Counted from the stretch's first letter, positions 22,681 through 32,087 are shown. The stretch: 33,036 bases of DNA from an uncultured Methanosarcinales archaeon (GCA_964546295.1 CAZJJJ010000005.1:1-33036), one strand, 5' to 3'. Translations and numbers: made by a program. Notes: generated by a model from the sequence alone, not told the origin.

Positions 22681-24600
22681 TCATACTATACGTATCGCTT
22701 CCAGGTTTCTCGGCGAATTGGTCTCAATCCTGTATTGTTTATGCACTGAGCTGGCCAGGTCAAGACATCGTGAGCTCTCGCCGTGATTGACGACCACACG
22801 TTTAGGTCTTGGGCTTGCACGTTTCAGGAAATTCATCAGCTCTTTACGGTCCGCGTGTCCTGAGAGGCCTTCTATGGTATGTACATCGAGCTTCACGAGC
22901 ATGAGCTCATTCTTCCCTGCATTGACATAGTTGATCTCTTTCTCTCCTCTCTGAACCTTCCGTCCAAGACTGCCTTCTGCCTGGTAACAGACGAAGACGA
23001 TTGAATTCTTAGGATTGTCACAGAACGATCTGAAATATTGGACGGAGGACCCTCCTACCAACATTCCTGAGGTGGCAAGCACCACGCATGGACCCTCTTC
23101 TTCGATTATGTATTGCCTTTCTTTAGCAGATCCTACCTTCTTGAATGTATCTGAGAGGAAAGGGTTCTCGTTCCTGTGGAAGATCTGTTTCCTGACAGTA
23201 GAGTTCAGATACTCTGGATAAGCAGTATGTATGGCAGTCACATCCCAAACCATCCCATCAACATATACAGGAATCTTATCGAGAGAACCATTCTGTATCA
23301 TGGTCTCAATGATTAGCATGACCTCTTGAGCCCTACCGACGCCAAGGACAGGTACAAGTACCTTGCCTTTTCTCTTCAATGTGTCTTTGATTATGTTGCC
23401 AAGTTCTTTCTCACATTCCTGCCTGCTAGGCTGGAAATTGTCTTTTGCGCCATATGTGCTCTCGATGATTGCAGTCTCTAGCCTAGGGAATGATGTAGAT
23501 GCCTGATCGAGCAGAGCGGTTTTGGCGAACTTTATGTCCCCAGTATACAATAGGTTATGAAGTCCATTACCTATATGCATATGCACTTGCGCCCCACCGA
23601 TGATATGTCCTGAGTTGTAGAATGTTATCCTCACATCAGGAGTCACATCAGTGACTTCTTCATAACCGAGCGTGATGGTCTGTTTTACTGTCTCTTTGAC
23701 ATCATCACTCGTATAGATGGGGTCCTTGCCCTCAGATCTCATTATCTTGACCATGTCCAGCTGAAGCAATGACATGATGTCTCGTGTAGGCTCCGTGCAG
23801 TAAAGAGGACCCTTGTAACCGAATTTTGTCAGAAGTGGTATAAGACCGCTATGGTCGAGGTGCGCGTGAGACACAATAACAGCATCAAGCTCATCAATCT
23901 TGAAATCAGGAGATTCAAGATAAGGGAATGCTTCACTTTGGCTTATGTCATGAGCAGGGTCGATTCCGCAATCGAGCAATATCCTAGATTCAGGTGTCTG
24001 GAGCAGTATGGCAGACCTTCCTACCTGTCTTCCACCACCTAGGAATGTCAGGCGGACCCATTCAGACTTCCGCCCACGTATCCAACCATCATATACCCTA
24101 TGACCTGTCTTGTTGAGGAACTTCTTCCTGAAATCATTGTTCTGGTAGAGCACGCCACGTATATCCTCTATGAGTTTGCATTTGATAGCGGGCTGTCTTC
24201 TGATTACGGGAACCCATAAGGCCTGCTCTTTTATATCCCTGAGCGTCTGACCTTGCTTGCCGATCGCTATCCCTGGCTTCTCTGTCTCTATAATGACTGT
24301 AGACCTCTGTGGGTCGAATATGATATTATCAATCTCTGTATCCTCTGGAATGAGATTCCGGATTATCTCCTCAGCCTTCTCCTGCTTCATGCATATGCTA
24401 GGATCAGGTCTTAACTCTATACGTTTCTTGAACTCATGGACCGCTTTCTTGACAATACCTCCATCATCAGCGAAGAAATTCTCGTCTTTCGTATAGAGGA
24501 CAATGTTTGCTCCTTCGAATCCCGCTTCACTTATCTTGTCACCAGAATCATCAACTATCTTCAATATCTCTTTGAGGATATTACTTGAAACATTCACCAT
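22681..24600 (-). CDS. fttA: aCPSF1/FttA: KH-domain beta-CASP metallo-beta-lactamase ribonuclease (archaeal transcription termination and RNA 3'-end factor)
   Basis: 639 aa. N-terminal KH-like region (GIAIGKQGQTLRDIKE). VIVSHAHLDHSG (HxHxDH). Beta-CASP C-terminal half ending in HGE. Confidence 0.93.
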   Translation of the reverse strand: MVNVSSNILKEILKIVDDSGDKISEAGFEGANIVLYTKDENFFADDGGIVKKAVHEFKKRIELRPDPSICMKQEKAEEIIRNLIPEDTEIDNIIFDPQRSTVIIETEKPGIAIGKQGQTLRDIKEQALWVPVIRRQPAIKCKLIEDIRGVLYQNNDFRKKFLNKTGHRVYDGWIRGRKSEWVRLTFLGGGRQVGRSAILLQTPESRILLDCGIDPAHDISQSEAFPYLESPDFKIDELDAVIVSHAHLDHSGLIPLLTKFGYKGPLYCTEPTRDIMSLLQLDMVKIMRSEGKDPIYTSDDVKETVKQTITLGYEEVTDVTPDVRITFYNSGHIIGGAQVHMHIGNGLHNLLYTGDIKFAKTALLDQASTSFPRLETAIIESTYGAKDNFQPSRQECEKELGNIIKDTLKRKGKVLVPVLGVGRAQEVMLIIETMIQNGSLDKIPVYVDGMVWDVTAIHTAYPEYLNSTVRKQIFHRNENPFLSDTFKKVGSAKERQYIIEEEGPCVVLATSGMLVGGSSVQYFRSFCDNPKNSIVFVCYQAEGSLGRKVQRGEKEINYVNAGKNELMLVKLDVHTIEGLSGHADRKELMNFLKRASPRPKRVVVNHGESSRCLDLASSVHKQYRIETNSPRNLEAIRIV

Positions 24601-24636
24601 TTATACATACCTCTGTTAGAATCTGATAAAAATATT

Positions 24637-24650
24637 GGGCGCATCCGCCC
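24637..24650 (-). terminator. GC hairpin plus T-run downstream of psmB
   Basis: Minus strand reads GGGCGgatgCGCCC followed by aatattttta, beginning 11 nt after the psmB stop. Confidence 0.35.
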
Positions 24651-24660
24651 TTGACTATAT

Positions 24661-25308
24661 TCACTCTTTGTAGGATAGCTTGACAGTCTCTACCTTCGAG
24701 AGACCTTCTCCTGTGATCTTATAGATGTCGTAGCCATCGCCCGATGCTGAATCACGGGACATTGCTGTCTTGATTGCATTACGTGCAAGATCTATACCTT
24801 CTTGGACACTCATGTCCTTCCTATAGGAATGCTCGAGCACACCGTAAGCGAAGACGCTCCCTGAGCCATCAGCGACGAAAGACTCTTGCTCGAAGATGCT
24901 TCCATCGACACCGATCTCATAGAGATAGTTCCCTGTATTATCCTGGCCTGCCAAAAGGAAACCTACGACACCTGGCACCATAGACATCTTCCTGATGTTC
25001 TCATAGGCCATCCCTGCCAATAGGTTTGCTGCAGCCTTCACATTCATCTTCTCACCAGATCTCAAGGTCCTTAGCTTAAGTTCTGCTCTGAATACCTTAG
25101 ATAGCATCTGTGCATCAGAGACAAGGCCAGCTATGGTTATGGCAATATTATCCGAGACAGGGAACACTTTCTCAGTATTCTTATTCGCTATGAAATTGCC
25201 TGCTGTAGCCCTCTTATCTGCTGCTAGTATCACACCATCCTTACATACAAGCCCTAGTGTGGTCGTACCTGTCTTAATCTGTTGAGTATCTTGGGTTTGT
25301 CCGCTCAT
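24661..25308 (-). CDS. psmB: proteasome beta subunit precursor
   Basis: Propeptide MSGQTQDTQQIKTG, then TTTLGLVCKDGVILAADKRAT (Thr1 nucleophile context). AAGGTG lies 8 nt upstream of the ATG. Confidence 0.93.
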   Translation of the reverse strand: MSGQTQDTQQIKTGTTTLGLVCKDGVILAADKRATAGNFIANKNTEKVFPVSDNIAITIAGLVSDAQMLSKVFRAELKLRTLRSGEKMNVKAAANLLAGMAYENIRKMSMVPGVVGFLLAGQDNTGNYLYEIGVDGSIFEQESFVADGSGSVFAYGVLEHSYRKDMSVQEGIDLARNAIKTAMSRDSASGDGYDIYKITGEGLSKVETVKLSYKE

Positions 25309-25374
25309 AAACTTAACACCTTGCCCTCATTTGTTGAGAATCTCAAAGAATTTCTGAAAAGTATATCCAGCTTG

Positions 25375-25384
25375 ATATTTAAAT
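25375..25384 (-). promoter_or_regulatory. TATA box for psmB (leadered transcript, about 45-nt 5' UTR)
   Basis: Minus strand atttaaatat. The UTR contains palindromes TTGAGAaTCTCAA (25334-25346) and AGAAtTTCT (25347-25355), plus an SD at 25317-25322. Confidence 0.4.
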
Positions 25385-25422
25385 GTTGTGGTGATTTTGT
25401 GAGATTTCCGACGAAACTTGAC

Positions 25423-26373
25423 TCATGCAGTTGTCTTACGCTTCTTTGCAGGACCCTTTTTGGATTTCTTAGCAGATTTCTTTGAACTCTTATGGCCACT
25501 CTCCTTGAGGATACGATCTATCTTCTTGCCATCTGCGTATGACTTGAAGATGAAGACATGTTCCCAAGTGGTCACGAAGACCTCAAGAGCCAGAAGCATG
25601 ATAACAAGGAATATCACTACAGCGTACGCCTGGATCTGAAGACCAAGTATGTTCACGCTCTCCCGTATGAACGCATAAGCGAAAAGCACGACGATCACTA
25701 TAAGGAAAGATAAGAGGGTGTGTGTTATATGGGTCTTCACATAATGGAACTCGTGGCCTATGACGTTGAAGAAACGCTCCCGCTCAAACGTCATCACAGG
25801 ATAAACGAAGAAAAGCCTCACCGTCATCACGATAGCGTAGAAGAACCATACGACGCCGAAAAGACCCATCAGGAAGTGGACAAATGGGACGCCTCCCGTA
25901 GCTCTTACGGCCATCAGGAAGATGAACAGCAATGCAAATAATGGCAAGAATATTATCGCCTTCACAGCCAGATATACCGTTATGAAGTTTAGGTAGTTCT
26001 TCTCAGCAAATGTAGAAGCTGATTTTAATGATGTCTTGTCATTCTTGAGCACATCCCTAATCATGCCGAATTTCATGACTGTGAAATATGCGCCGAGTAG
26101 GAGCTCTAAGGCAATGAGACCTACCAATGACAAAATGAATCTTGGTGTAGTGCTCAGGGAGCTGAAAACAGCCCTAAGAGCAGAAGGATCATCTATGATG
26201 TAAGGTCGTCTTATGAATGCCTCTGCCAATCCAGAGAGATGGAAGAAAATCGTAAAAAGCAAGAGCGAGAGGAGGACCAGCATCACATTAGGCAAGAATA
26301 TGATGACATGCTTCTTCATCATGCTGATGCTATCCCCCATGATGTCCCCGTAATCTATGGTCCGTCTGGCCAT
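25423..26373 (-). CDS. multi-pass membrane protein with a Lys-rich C-terminal tail; start moved to ATG 26373
   Basis: The ORF track extends to 26817 across the whole Rpp21 gene. MARRTIDYG... starts 25.5 nt from the TATA at 26393-26404. About 7 hydrophobic segments. Tail is KSSKKSAKKSKKGPAKKRKTTA. Confidence 0.7.
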   Translation of the reverse strand: MARRTIDYGDIMGDSISMMKKHVIIFLPNVMLVLLSLLLFTIFFHLSGLAEAFIRRPYIIDDPSALRAVFSSLSTTPRFILSLVGLIALELLLGAYFTVMKFGMIRDVLKNDKTSLKSASTFAEKNYLNFITVYLAVKAIIFLPLFALLFIFLMAVRATGGVPFVHFLMGLFGVVWFFYAIVMTVRLFFVYPVMTFERERFFNVIGHEFHYVKTHITHTLLSFLIVIVVLFAYAFIRESVNILGLQIQAYAVVIFLVIMLLALEVFVTTWEHVFIFKSYADGKKIDRILKESGHKSSKKSAKKSKKGPAKKRKTTA

Positions 26374-26392
26374 ACTCTTTTTTTGGTAAGAT

Positions 26393-26404
26393 ACTTTATA
26401 AAGT
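26393..26404 (-). promoter_or_regulatory. TATA box for the 26373(-) membrane protein gene
   Basis: Plus-strand actttataaagt centred 25.5 nt from ATG 26373. Confidence 0.5.
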
Positions 26405-26441
26405 TTTTCTATGAGAGGACCATGGCCATTATTTTCCAGAA

Positions 26442-26453
26442 AATATTTTAAGA
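26442..26453 (+). promoter_or_regulatory. TATA box for the Rpp21 gene
   Basis: aatattttaaga centred 25.5 nt upstream of ATG 26473. Confidence 0.5.
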
Positions 26454-26472
26454 GAGATGCAACACTACCCGT

Positions 26473-26844
26473 ATGACAAAGCGCAGGAAGATGGGAGAGA
26501 CAGAAAAGATTGCTTTTGAGCGTATTAATGAGCTCTTCAAGTTTGCTGAAGAGATCACCACAAGTGAAAAGTTCTCTACAATTCCTGAACAGAAGAGGCA
26601 ATCCTATGCGGATAGGTATGTCGAATTGGCCCGTAAGATTGCCATGAAGCTCCAGATAACCATACCAAGTGAGCACAAGAAGAAGTTCTGCAACCATTGT
26701 TACACTTACCTGATACCAGGAAAGAACTGCCGTGTACGGACTAGAGAAGGAAAGCTTGTGACTTACTGCGAAAGATGCAAGAAATTCATGCGAAAGGAAC
26801 TGAAGAAGGATAAGCAAGATGAAGAAGGAAAAACCAGTGAATAA
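26473..26844 (+). CDS. rnp4: RNase P protein component 4 (Rpr2/Rpp21 family)
   Basis: Helical N-terminus (ERINELFKFAEE...YVELARKIAMK), then a zinc ribbon FCNHCYTYLIPGKNCRVRTREGKLVTYCERCKKF. Confidence 0.85.
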   Translation: MTKRRKMGETEKIAFERINELFKFAEEITTSEKFSTIPEQKRQSYADRYVELARKIAMKLQITIPSEHKKKFCNHCYTYLIPGKNCRVRTREGKLVTYCERCKKFMRKELKKDKQDEEGKTSE

Positions 26845-28501
26845 GAAGAAGTGGATCCCAGAGCTCGATCCGTTTGCTTACCCGAAAATTTCCGCATTCG
26901 TGACAACGAACGCTGCTTTCTTGACACAAGGCGATAACCTCATGATGGCTTTAGAGAATCCATCGACCATCACCGAAAACCCTGTATTTCTCGGCAGCTA
27001 CGCAGCTGCCCTCTTCATCTCATATAATTTCTTTAGGACACTGACCAAATTCAAAGGACCCAATCGCTTGGCTTCGTTCATAAGATACAGTAACTCTTGG
27101 CGTAAGATTAAAGATCTGGAAACCGATAGTCCTGCATTCGAGTCCTTACTAGACGAGATGTCCGATCGTTTTGACCCTTCAACGCATGCCCATCATGGTG
27201 TGAGAGCGTCCGCATATATCAAAAAAGGTGAAAAGGTAAAAGGGATAGAAGAGATGCTGAAATCTGCAAGGCATTCCAAAAGGGTTCCAGAGATCTTGCC
27301 TGGCAACATATACCGAGAGTTAGTAGACTCCATCTTAGATGTGGGTCTTCGTACTAATGATTTCTTATCCGGAAAGCTAAAAGACAGTAGATCCGCAATG
27401 GATGCGAGATACGAGCGGTTATCTACACTCTTGACAACAAGCAGAATATCAAAGGCAGCATCGATTGAGCTTGAGGGGATAAAAGCAAATGCAAGGAGCT
27501 TGGAAGACACTGTCGCGTATGGTGCCATCAAAGATTATATGGAGGGCGCCGATGACAGAAATTGGGCTCCTTTTCTCACCATGTTGGATGAGATTACATC
27601 TGGAAGCAGTCTTGAAGAGCACCTTGATGATGTCACAGAAGGCCGTAATGATGTATTCAGGCTTCCAGGAATCTACATGAAGAGATACGCATCAAGGGAA
27701 TCATTGGATAAGGAGATGGACAACCTCAAACGGGTCTTCAAAGATCTAAAGCATGTCTTAAGCCATGGTGTAGCTGCAACAATCAAAGGAGAAGAATACT
27801 TCATCGCACCAGAGGCAGGAATAACACTTTTTGATGCGATAGATACTGTGGATTCATACGAGAAGGATGAATTGATAAAACAAGCATTGGATAATCTTTC
27901 AGACATCCAAGTGATCGGTGAGAAAGAGAGCTTCAGAGAGGTGGAGCCCAATCATTTCACGGAACGTATGCTGAACATAAGAGATCTCTGCACATTGGAG
28001 GATGGTTTCACAGATGCATGGCATGAGGCAATATCTGCACCTCTCTGCACTATCAAGAAGCTCTACTACAAGGACAGCAATCAAAAGAATTATCTCAAAG
28101 AGGATGATTTGCTGTATGAGATAGACTTTGAGGGGACCCTGAAGAAGCCGTTCGGACTTGATATAGTTAACATACTTGGATTTGAGAAGATGGATGCTGA
28201 TGAGGAGAAGCATGAGCTTGTTATGAGGCACATGAAGATGCTGAGAGAGAAGGGCATAGATGTCCACATAGACCCTTTCGGTTATGAGTTATGTAGAGCG
28301 CAGAGGCATCTTGAGCTTATGAGCTATAGATATAGAGATCTTAATCGAGGACTCGGACAGGAGCATCTCTCATATGCGAGACATCATGCAGAGAACGCTA
28401 TCGATGCATTGTCAGAACTTTCCAACACAGCCAATAACGGAGCAAGGAGTTACTCAAGCCTTGCGGGTCAGCTAGAATCATCACTCAGAGAGTTCTTATA
28501 A
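26819..28501 (+). CDS. 560-aa protein with a divergent protein-kinase-like (RIO/Bud32/APH-type) core in its C-terminal half
   Basis: Overlaps the rnp4 3' end by 26 nt. GRNDVFRLPGIYMKRY (beta3 Lys 288), LDKEMDNLKRV (alphaC Glu). YYKDSNQKNYL (D419-x4-N424 catalytic loop) and YEIDFEG (D436, DFG equivalent) show canonical spacing. The His of HxD is replaced by Tyr. Confidence 0.65.
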   Translation: MKKEKPVNKKKWIPELDPFAYPKISAFVTTNAAFLTQGDNLMMALENPSTITENPVFLGSYAAALFISYNFFRTLTKFKGPNRLASFIRYSNSWRKIKDLETDSPAFESLLDEMSDRFDPSTHAHHGVRASAYIKKGEKVKGIEEMLKSARHSKRVPEILPGNIYRELVDSILDVGLRTNDFLSGKLKDSRSAMDARYERLSTLLTTSRISKAASIELEGIKANARSLEDTVAYGAIKDYMEGADDRNWAPFLTMLDEITSGSSLEEHLDDVTEGRNDVFRLPGIYMKRYASRESLDKEMDNLKRVFKDLKHVLSHGVAATIKGEEYFIAPEAGITLFDAIDTVDSYEKDELIKQALDNLSDIQVIGEKESFREVEPNHFTERMLNIRDLCTLEDGFTDAWHEAISAPLCTIKKLYYKDSNQKNYLKEDDLLYEIDFEGTLKKPFGLDIVNILGFEKMDADEEKHELVMRHMKMLREKGIDVHIDPFGYELCRAQRHLELMSYRYRDLNRGLGQEHLSYARHHAENAIDALSELSNTANNGARSYSSLAGQLESSLREFL

Positions 28502-29214
28502 GATTCGATATCATATGCCAGAGGTCTCTGGTCCTCGCTTACAATGATATCGTTATGTATGCAATCATTGTGTGAGCTTTTTCCTATCGCAATCCCCACA
28601 TAATCATCGATTGCACCTTTTGAACGATAGAAGTCAGCAACATCCAGCACCTCATCGTCAGAGGCTGAATCGCCACGTATGATATATCTCCTGTTTTCCG
28701 GGTTTGCGACAATGATGTCTTCGAGGAGAGGTCCTTTTCTTTCACCAGTATATGTGTTCTCCTCGGGGACCCCTGTAAATTGTGAATACAATCCTATGAT
28801 GTCCTTGAAATTCCTTGATATATAGAATCTCTCAGCATCCGGCAGCTGCGAATATATATCTTTCACCCCAGAGAGTACAGATCTCTCCAGAACATTGTCT
28901 GGCATGTTTGATCTCTCCTGATAGAACCTTTCGATCATATCTATAGTGTCCTCTCCAAGAATCCCTGAGAGCTCTTCCCAGAGCACAGAATCTGCATCCT
29001 TCCCTTGCATCGCCTTGCGCAGCATTGCCTTGACACCCCACCCTACGAGTTCAGGCTTTCTCAAGATTGTCCTTGGTGATGCCAGGTATGTCATAGCAGC
29101 TCTTTTCAGAGGTGTCTGCACATCAGTCCCGTCGAAGTCAGAGACTATGGCATCAGCGTGTACTATCCTATCAAGCACCTTCTCCTTCTCCCCATTATAC
29201 AGTATCATCCCCAT
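28468..29214 (-). CDS. HAD-superfamily hydrolase (phosphatase-like); start moved to ATG 29214
   Basis: AIVSDFDGTDV (DxDxT motif I), YISRN (motif II), ERKGP (Lys), IIRGDSASDD (motif IV). ATG 29235 abuts the TATA; ATG 29214 is about 26 nt from its centre. Confidence 0.7.
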   Translation of the reverse strand: MGMILYNGEKEKVLDRIVHADAIVSDFDGTDVQTPLKRAAMTYLASPRTILRKPELVGWGVKAMLRKAMQGKDADSVLWEELSGILGEDTIDMIERFYQERSNMPDNVLERSVLSGVKDIYSQLPDAERFYISRNFKDIIGLYSQFTGVPEENTYTGERKGPLLEDIIVANPENRRYIIRGDSASDDEVLDVADFYRSKGAIDDYVGIAIGKSSHNDCIHNDIIVSEDQRPLAYDIESYKNSLSDDSS

Positions 29215-29235
29215 ATACAGATTATAGGTTTTCAT

Positions 29236-29248
29236 GTTTATAAATTTT
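29236..29248 (-). promoter_or_regulatory. TATA box for the HAD gene
   Basis: Minus strand aaaatttataaac immediately upstream of ATG 29235, hence the downstream start. Confidence 0.45.
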
Positions 29249-29327
29249 TCCTTTTTTAACTACTCTCCAATAGTTACATTAAGAAAGATTTAAATAGTTA
29301 GGTTACCATTATGTGTAGTGGGGGAAG

Positions 29328-30263
29328 ATGCCAAAGATAATACACTTTTCGGACCCGCACACATATGCGGGCTCAGGGAACGATGCTGAGAATACTCTTG
29401 AGTCTATTGTCAGGTTCTCGAATGAGAGGAAAGCAGACCATCTGGTCTTCACGGGAGACCTTCTTGATGGGCATGGTTTCACGAAGGATTATCTGAAACC
29501 TCTGGAGGAACAGGATAAGTCAGTCCTGCAGTTCACGCCACTTCTAGCTCAAGCACTACAGCAGGAGAAGCCTGCAGAATACTTGACAGATCAGTTGAAA
29601 AGGATGAATATGAAACCAAAGGAAGAGATAACTGATGAGAGCATAAGGAACGACTATGACGGAATGAAAGACAGGTATGAGGAGCTGAGCACAGACATTG
29701 CAAAGAGGTTCCATGAACTGTCACAGGATGCTTATGGAAGATTCGACACTATTCTCGGTAAATCAGAAGCTCCCGTAGAGGCTCTTGTCGGGAATCATGA
29801 TGCTAAAGGTATGGAGGGCATTGTAAAGAATGCTAATTTCCAGCCGAATGAGGCTTTCGGACGATATTTCTTCCAGACCGGCGCGCCAGCATTCATCGAT
29901 CCTGAACTGTTCTATGAAGACAGTCCATCTGAATATGCACAGCATGCTGTGGAAGGTAGCCCAAAGGTAATGTTATGGCACCAAGGCCCACACAAGACAA
30001 AATATTTCAATGACCTTCCTGAATGGACGGGGGCAGTCTCCTCGAAGATACACTTGTATGGGCATGAGCATCCCAAGAACGGATTCCATAAAAGCTATGA
30101 CCCTGAGACAGATGTCTTCAAGCTCAACACCTGCGCAAAGGATGGGTATTTTGGTGAGATTGATTATGATGATAATGGAAGCGTGCAGGAATGGGCAGTC
30201 TACAAGATAGAGAAGGCTTCAGAAGATAAGGGAGATGATGGAAGACAGAAGAAGGCAGCATGA
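29328..30263 (+). CDS. calcineurin-like metallophosphoesterase with a roughly 100-aa helical insertion
   Basis: IIHFSDPH, FTGDLLDGHG, LVGNHD, LYGHEHP. An unusually long segment separates GDLLD from GNHD. TATA atttaaata at 29288-29296. Confidence 0.85.
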   Translation: MPKIIHFSDPHTYAGSGNDAENTLESIVRFSNERKADHLVFTGDLLDGHGFTKDYLKPLEEQDKSVLQFTPLLAQALQQEKPAEYLTDQLKRMNMKPKEEITDESIRNDYDGMKDRYEELSTDIAKRFHELSQDAYGRFDTILGKSEAPVEALVGNHDAKGMEGIVKNANFQPNEAFGRYFFQTGAPAFIDPELFYEDSPSEYAQHAVEGSPKVMLWHQGPHKTKYFNDLPEWTGAVSSKIHLYGHEHPKNGFHKSYDPETDVFKLNTCAKDGYFGEIDYDDNGSVQEWAVYKIEKASEDKGDDGRQKKAA

Positions 30264-30959
30264 CTATCTACGCTCGCCCGCGACTTTCTTAACCTTATTT
30301 CCAGAGTTATCAGAGAAAATTTTACCTATGTCATCAGCAGGCTTGAATGGGCTCTCTTTTTGAGCAGAATCCTTCTGAGCAGAGCCAGTATCACTTGCAG
30401 AGGCCTTAGGAGCCTCTTTCTTTGGAGCGCTTTCCTTACTACTGGTTGACTTGCTATCGCCCATGATGTATCTCATGACCAGCACGAAGACTGCTCCAGC
30501 GATTACCATGTGAGTTATTGCTGCAGGGATCTGAGGGATGTATGCCAAGAGTATCCTGTCAAGGTCGAAGGCCATCAGGATCATGTAAAGGAATGCGATG
30601 CCGATGATGGTCATTATGATGTACCTTGGAAGGTTGAGATACCATCTGTCCTTCTTAGCCATGACCGAATCAAGCCCGAACATCCCTACAATTATCATCA
30701 CGGAGAGCCCTGCAACAACAAGGAATCCTGTGGCCGAGAAGAAGACGTGCAAGGCGGTGACTGTCTGCAAGGATGCTGTAGCGATGAAACCAAAGCAGAA
30801 GGCTACAAGAGAATCTATATTCTTCCTAGAGCCTAGTATCCCTGTCTTCTCGAGTACCATGTACACGATTGTATAGACGAAAAGGAAGGGGAGGATGACA
30901 TCATAAAGCCCGATATCCACCCATAGCTGGACAATCTCACCAGTGAATGTGTCTTGCAT
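30264..30959 (-). CDS. multi-pass membrane protein with a Ser/Lys/Ala-rich cytoplasmic tail; start moved to ATG 30959
   Basis: The ORF-track TTG 30998 lies inside the promoter 17-mer. MQDTFTGEIVQLWVDIGLYDVILPFLFVYTIVYMVLEKTGILG. Tail is SKSTSSKESAPKKEAPKASASD. Confidence 0.7.
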   Translation of the reverse strand: MQDTFTGEIVQLWVDIGLYDVILPFLFVYTIVYMVLEKTGILGSRKNIDSLVAFCFGFIATASLQTVTALHVFFSATGFLVVAGLSVMIIVGMFGLDSVMAKKDRWYLNLPRYIIMTIIGIAFLYMILMAFDLDRILLAYIPQIPAAITHMVIAGAVFVLVMRYIMGDSKSTSSKESAPKKEAPKASASDTGSAQKDSAQKESPFKPADDIGKIFSDNSGNKVKKVAGERR

Positions 30960-30980
30960 ACGGATTTCTCTGTTCAGAGG

Positions 30981-30997
30981 CTTTATATAATTTTTCA
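30981..30997 (-). promoter_or_regulatory. BRE/TATA promoter module, 17-mer identical to 9313-9329
   Basis: ctttatataatttttca; TATA centre is 27.5 nt from ATG 30959. Confidence 0.55.
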
Positions 30998-31042
30998 AGA
31001 CCTAGCAGCAAATCTTAAAACGCAGCTACACATCACCTAGAT

Positions 31043-31513
31043 ATGTCTATGAGCACGTACTTGATATCAACTCTAGTACTTGGAATATCTATGGTGATGG
31101 TGCCCTCCTTACTTGAAGTCCTGAATGCGCTGACTTTGCTGAATACAGAAGAGATTACCGTGACACGGAAACTGAAAAGGATCCTGACAATCACCACCTT
31201 CAGGATATCTGCATGCTTCCTGCTTCTACTCGGTATCTTCATACCACTCTCTTTCCTCAGACCAGAAGAGATGTCGGTCCCTCTTATGATATTCGGGATC
31301 ATGATGCTATTCACGCTTTTGGCATACTGGTCAATAGATCATCTCGCGCTTCATTCCATAATCCCAAGAAACAGCCGTGTATGGAATGAGATAAGGTTCA
31401 GGACAAAGGAGAACAAGGAAAAGAAGTTATTGGATGCCTTGCGGATCATACGGATCACCGGCACATTCTTACTGCCCATCTTCTTGCTTATCATGCTCAT
31501 CGCATCAGTCTGA
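31043..31513 (+). CDS. small multi-pass membrane protein (ORFan)
   Basis: 156 aa with 4-5 hydrophobic segments. Weak TATA atcttaaaac lies about 26 nt upstream. Confidence 0.6.
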   Translation: MSMSTYLISTLVLGISMVMVPSLLEVLNALTLLNTEEITVTRKLKRILTITTFRISACFLLLLGIFIPLSFLRPEEMSVPLMIFGIMMLFTLLAYWSIDHLALHSIIPRNSRVWNEIRFRTKENKEKKLLDALRIIRITGTFLLPIFLLIMLIASV

Positions 31514-32071
31514 GCTCTCACGCTTCTGCTTCAATGCATCAGCATACCACTCCAACTTTTCTAGGAATGCTGAAGTGCGCTTATCCAACTCTGATCGCTT
31601 ATTAGCATCAGAAAGATCATCCTTAAGATTGTGGACCGCAGGAAAATATAGTATGGTTGGTATGGTTATCGACCCGATCTCTGGCATGAATGCACGCATC
31701 TGCATCGCCGAACGTGCACCACCGAAAGAACTAGGAGAATAAGCAACAATCCCGCTAGGCTTATACAGGTATTCCTTCTGGAAATGATTGAGGAGATTGG
31801 AAAGTCCTGGTTGGATGCTGTGGTTATACTCGCCAGAGATGAGCAAGAAACCATCAGCTTCATCAATCTTCTCAGCCAGTTCCTTCATCTTTTCAGGTGC
31901 ATCACCATCATACTCTTTGTACATCTTGTCAAGGATGCCGAAATCATACTCCTTTGCATCGATAAGCTCAACATCATGCCCTCTCTTGCTCATCTCTTCT
32001 TTCACATATTCTGCAGCATCAATTCCCATCCTATCTTTCCTGTATGACCCATAAAACATGATAAATCTCAT
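31505..32071 (-). CDS. NADPH-dependent FMN reductase family flavoprotein
   Basis: MRFIMFYGSYRKDRMG (flavodoxin-like N-terminus) and DGFLLISGEYNHSIQPGLSNLLNH (the EYNxSxP motif). Confidence 0.85.
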   Translation of the reverse strand: MRFIMFYGSYRKDRMGIDAAEYVKEEMSKRGHDVELIDAKEYDFGILDKMYKEYDGDAPEKMKELAEKIDEADGFLLISGEYNHSIQPGLSNLLNHFQKEYLYKPSGIVAYSPSSFGGARSAMQMRAFMPEIGSITIPTILYFPAVHNLKDDLSDANKRSELDKRTSAFLEKLEWYADALKQKRESSD

Positions 32072-32087
32072 AAAATCCCCTCCTTCT

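Noticed and set aside
26374-26817. N-terminal 148 codons of the 464-aa minus-strand ORF 25423-26817
   Set aside because: This part overlaps the entire well-supported Rpp21 gene and both promoters. The translation is not membrane-like, unlike the rest of the ORF. ATG 26373 sits exactly 25.5 nt from a TATA box.
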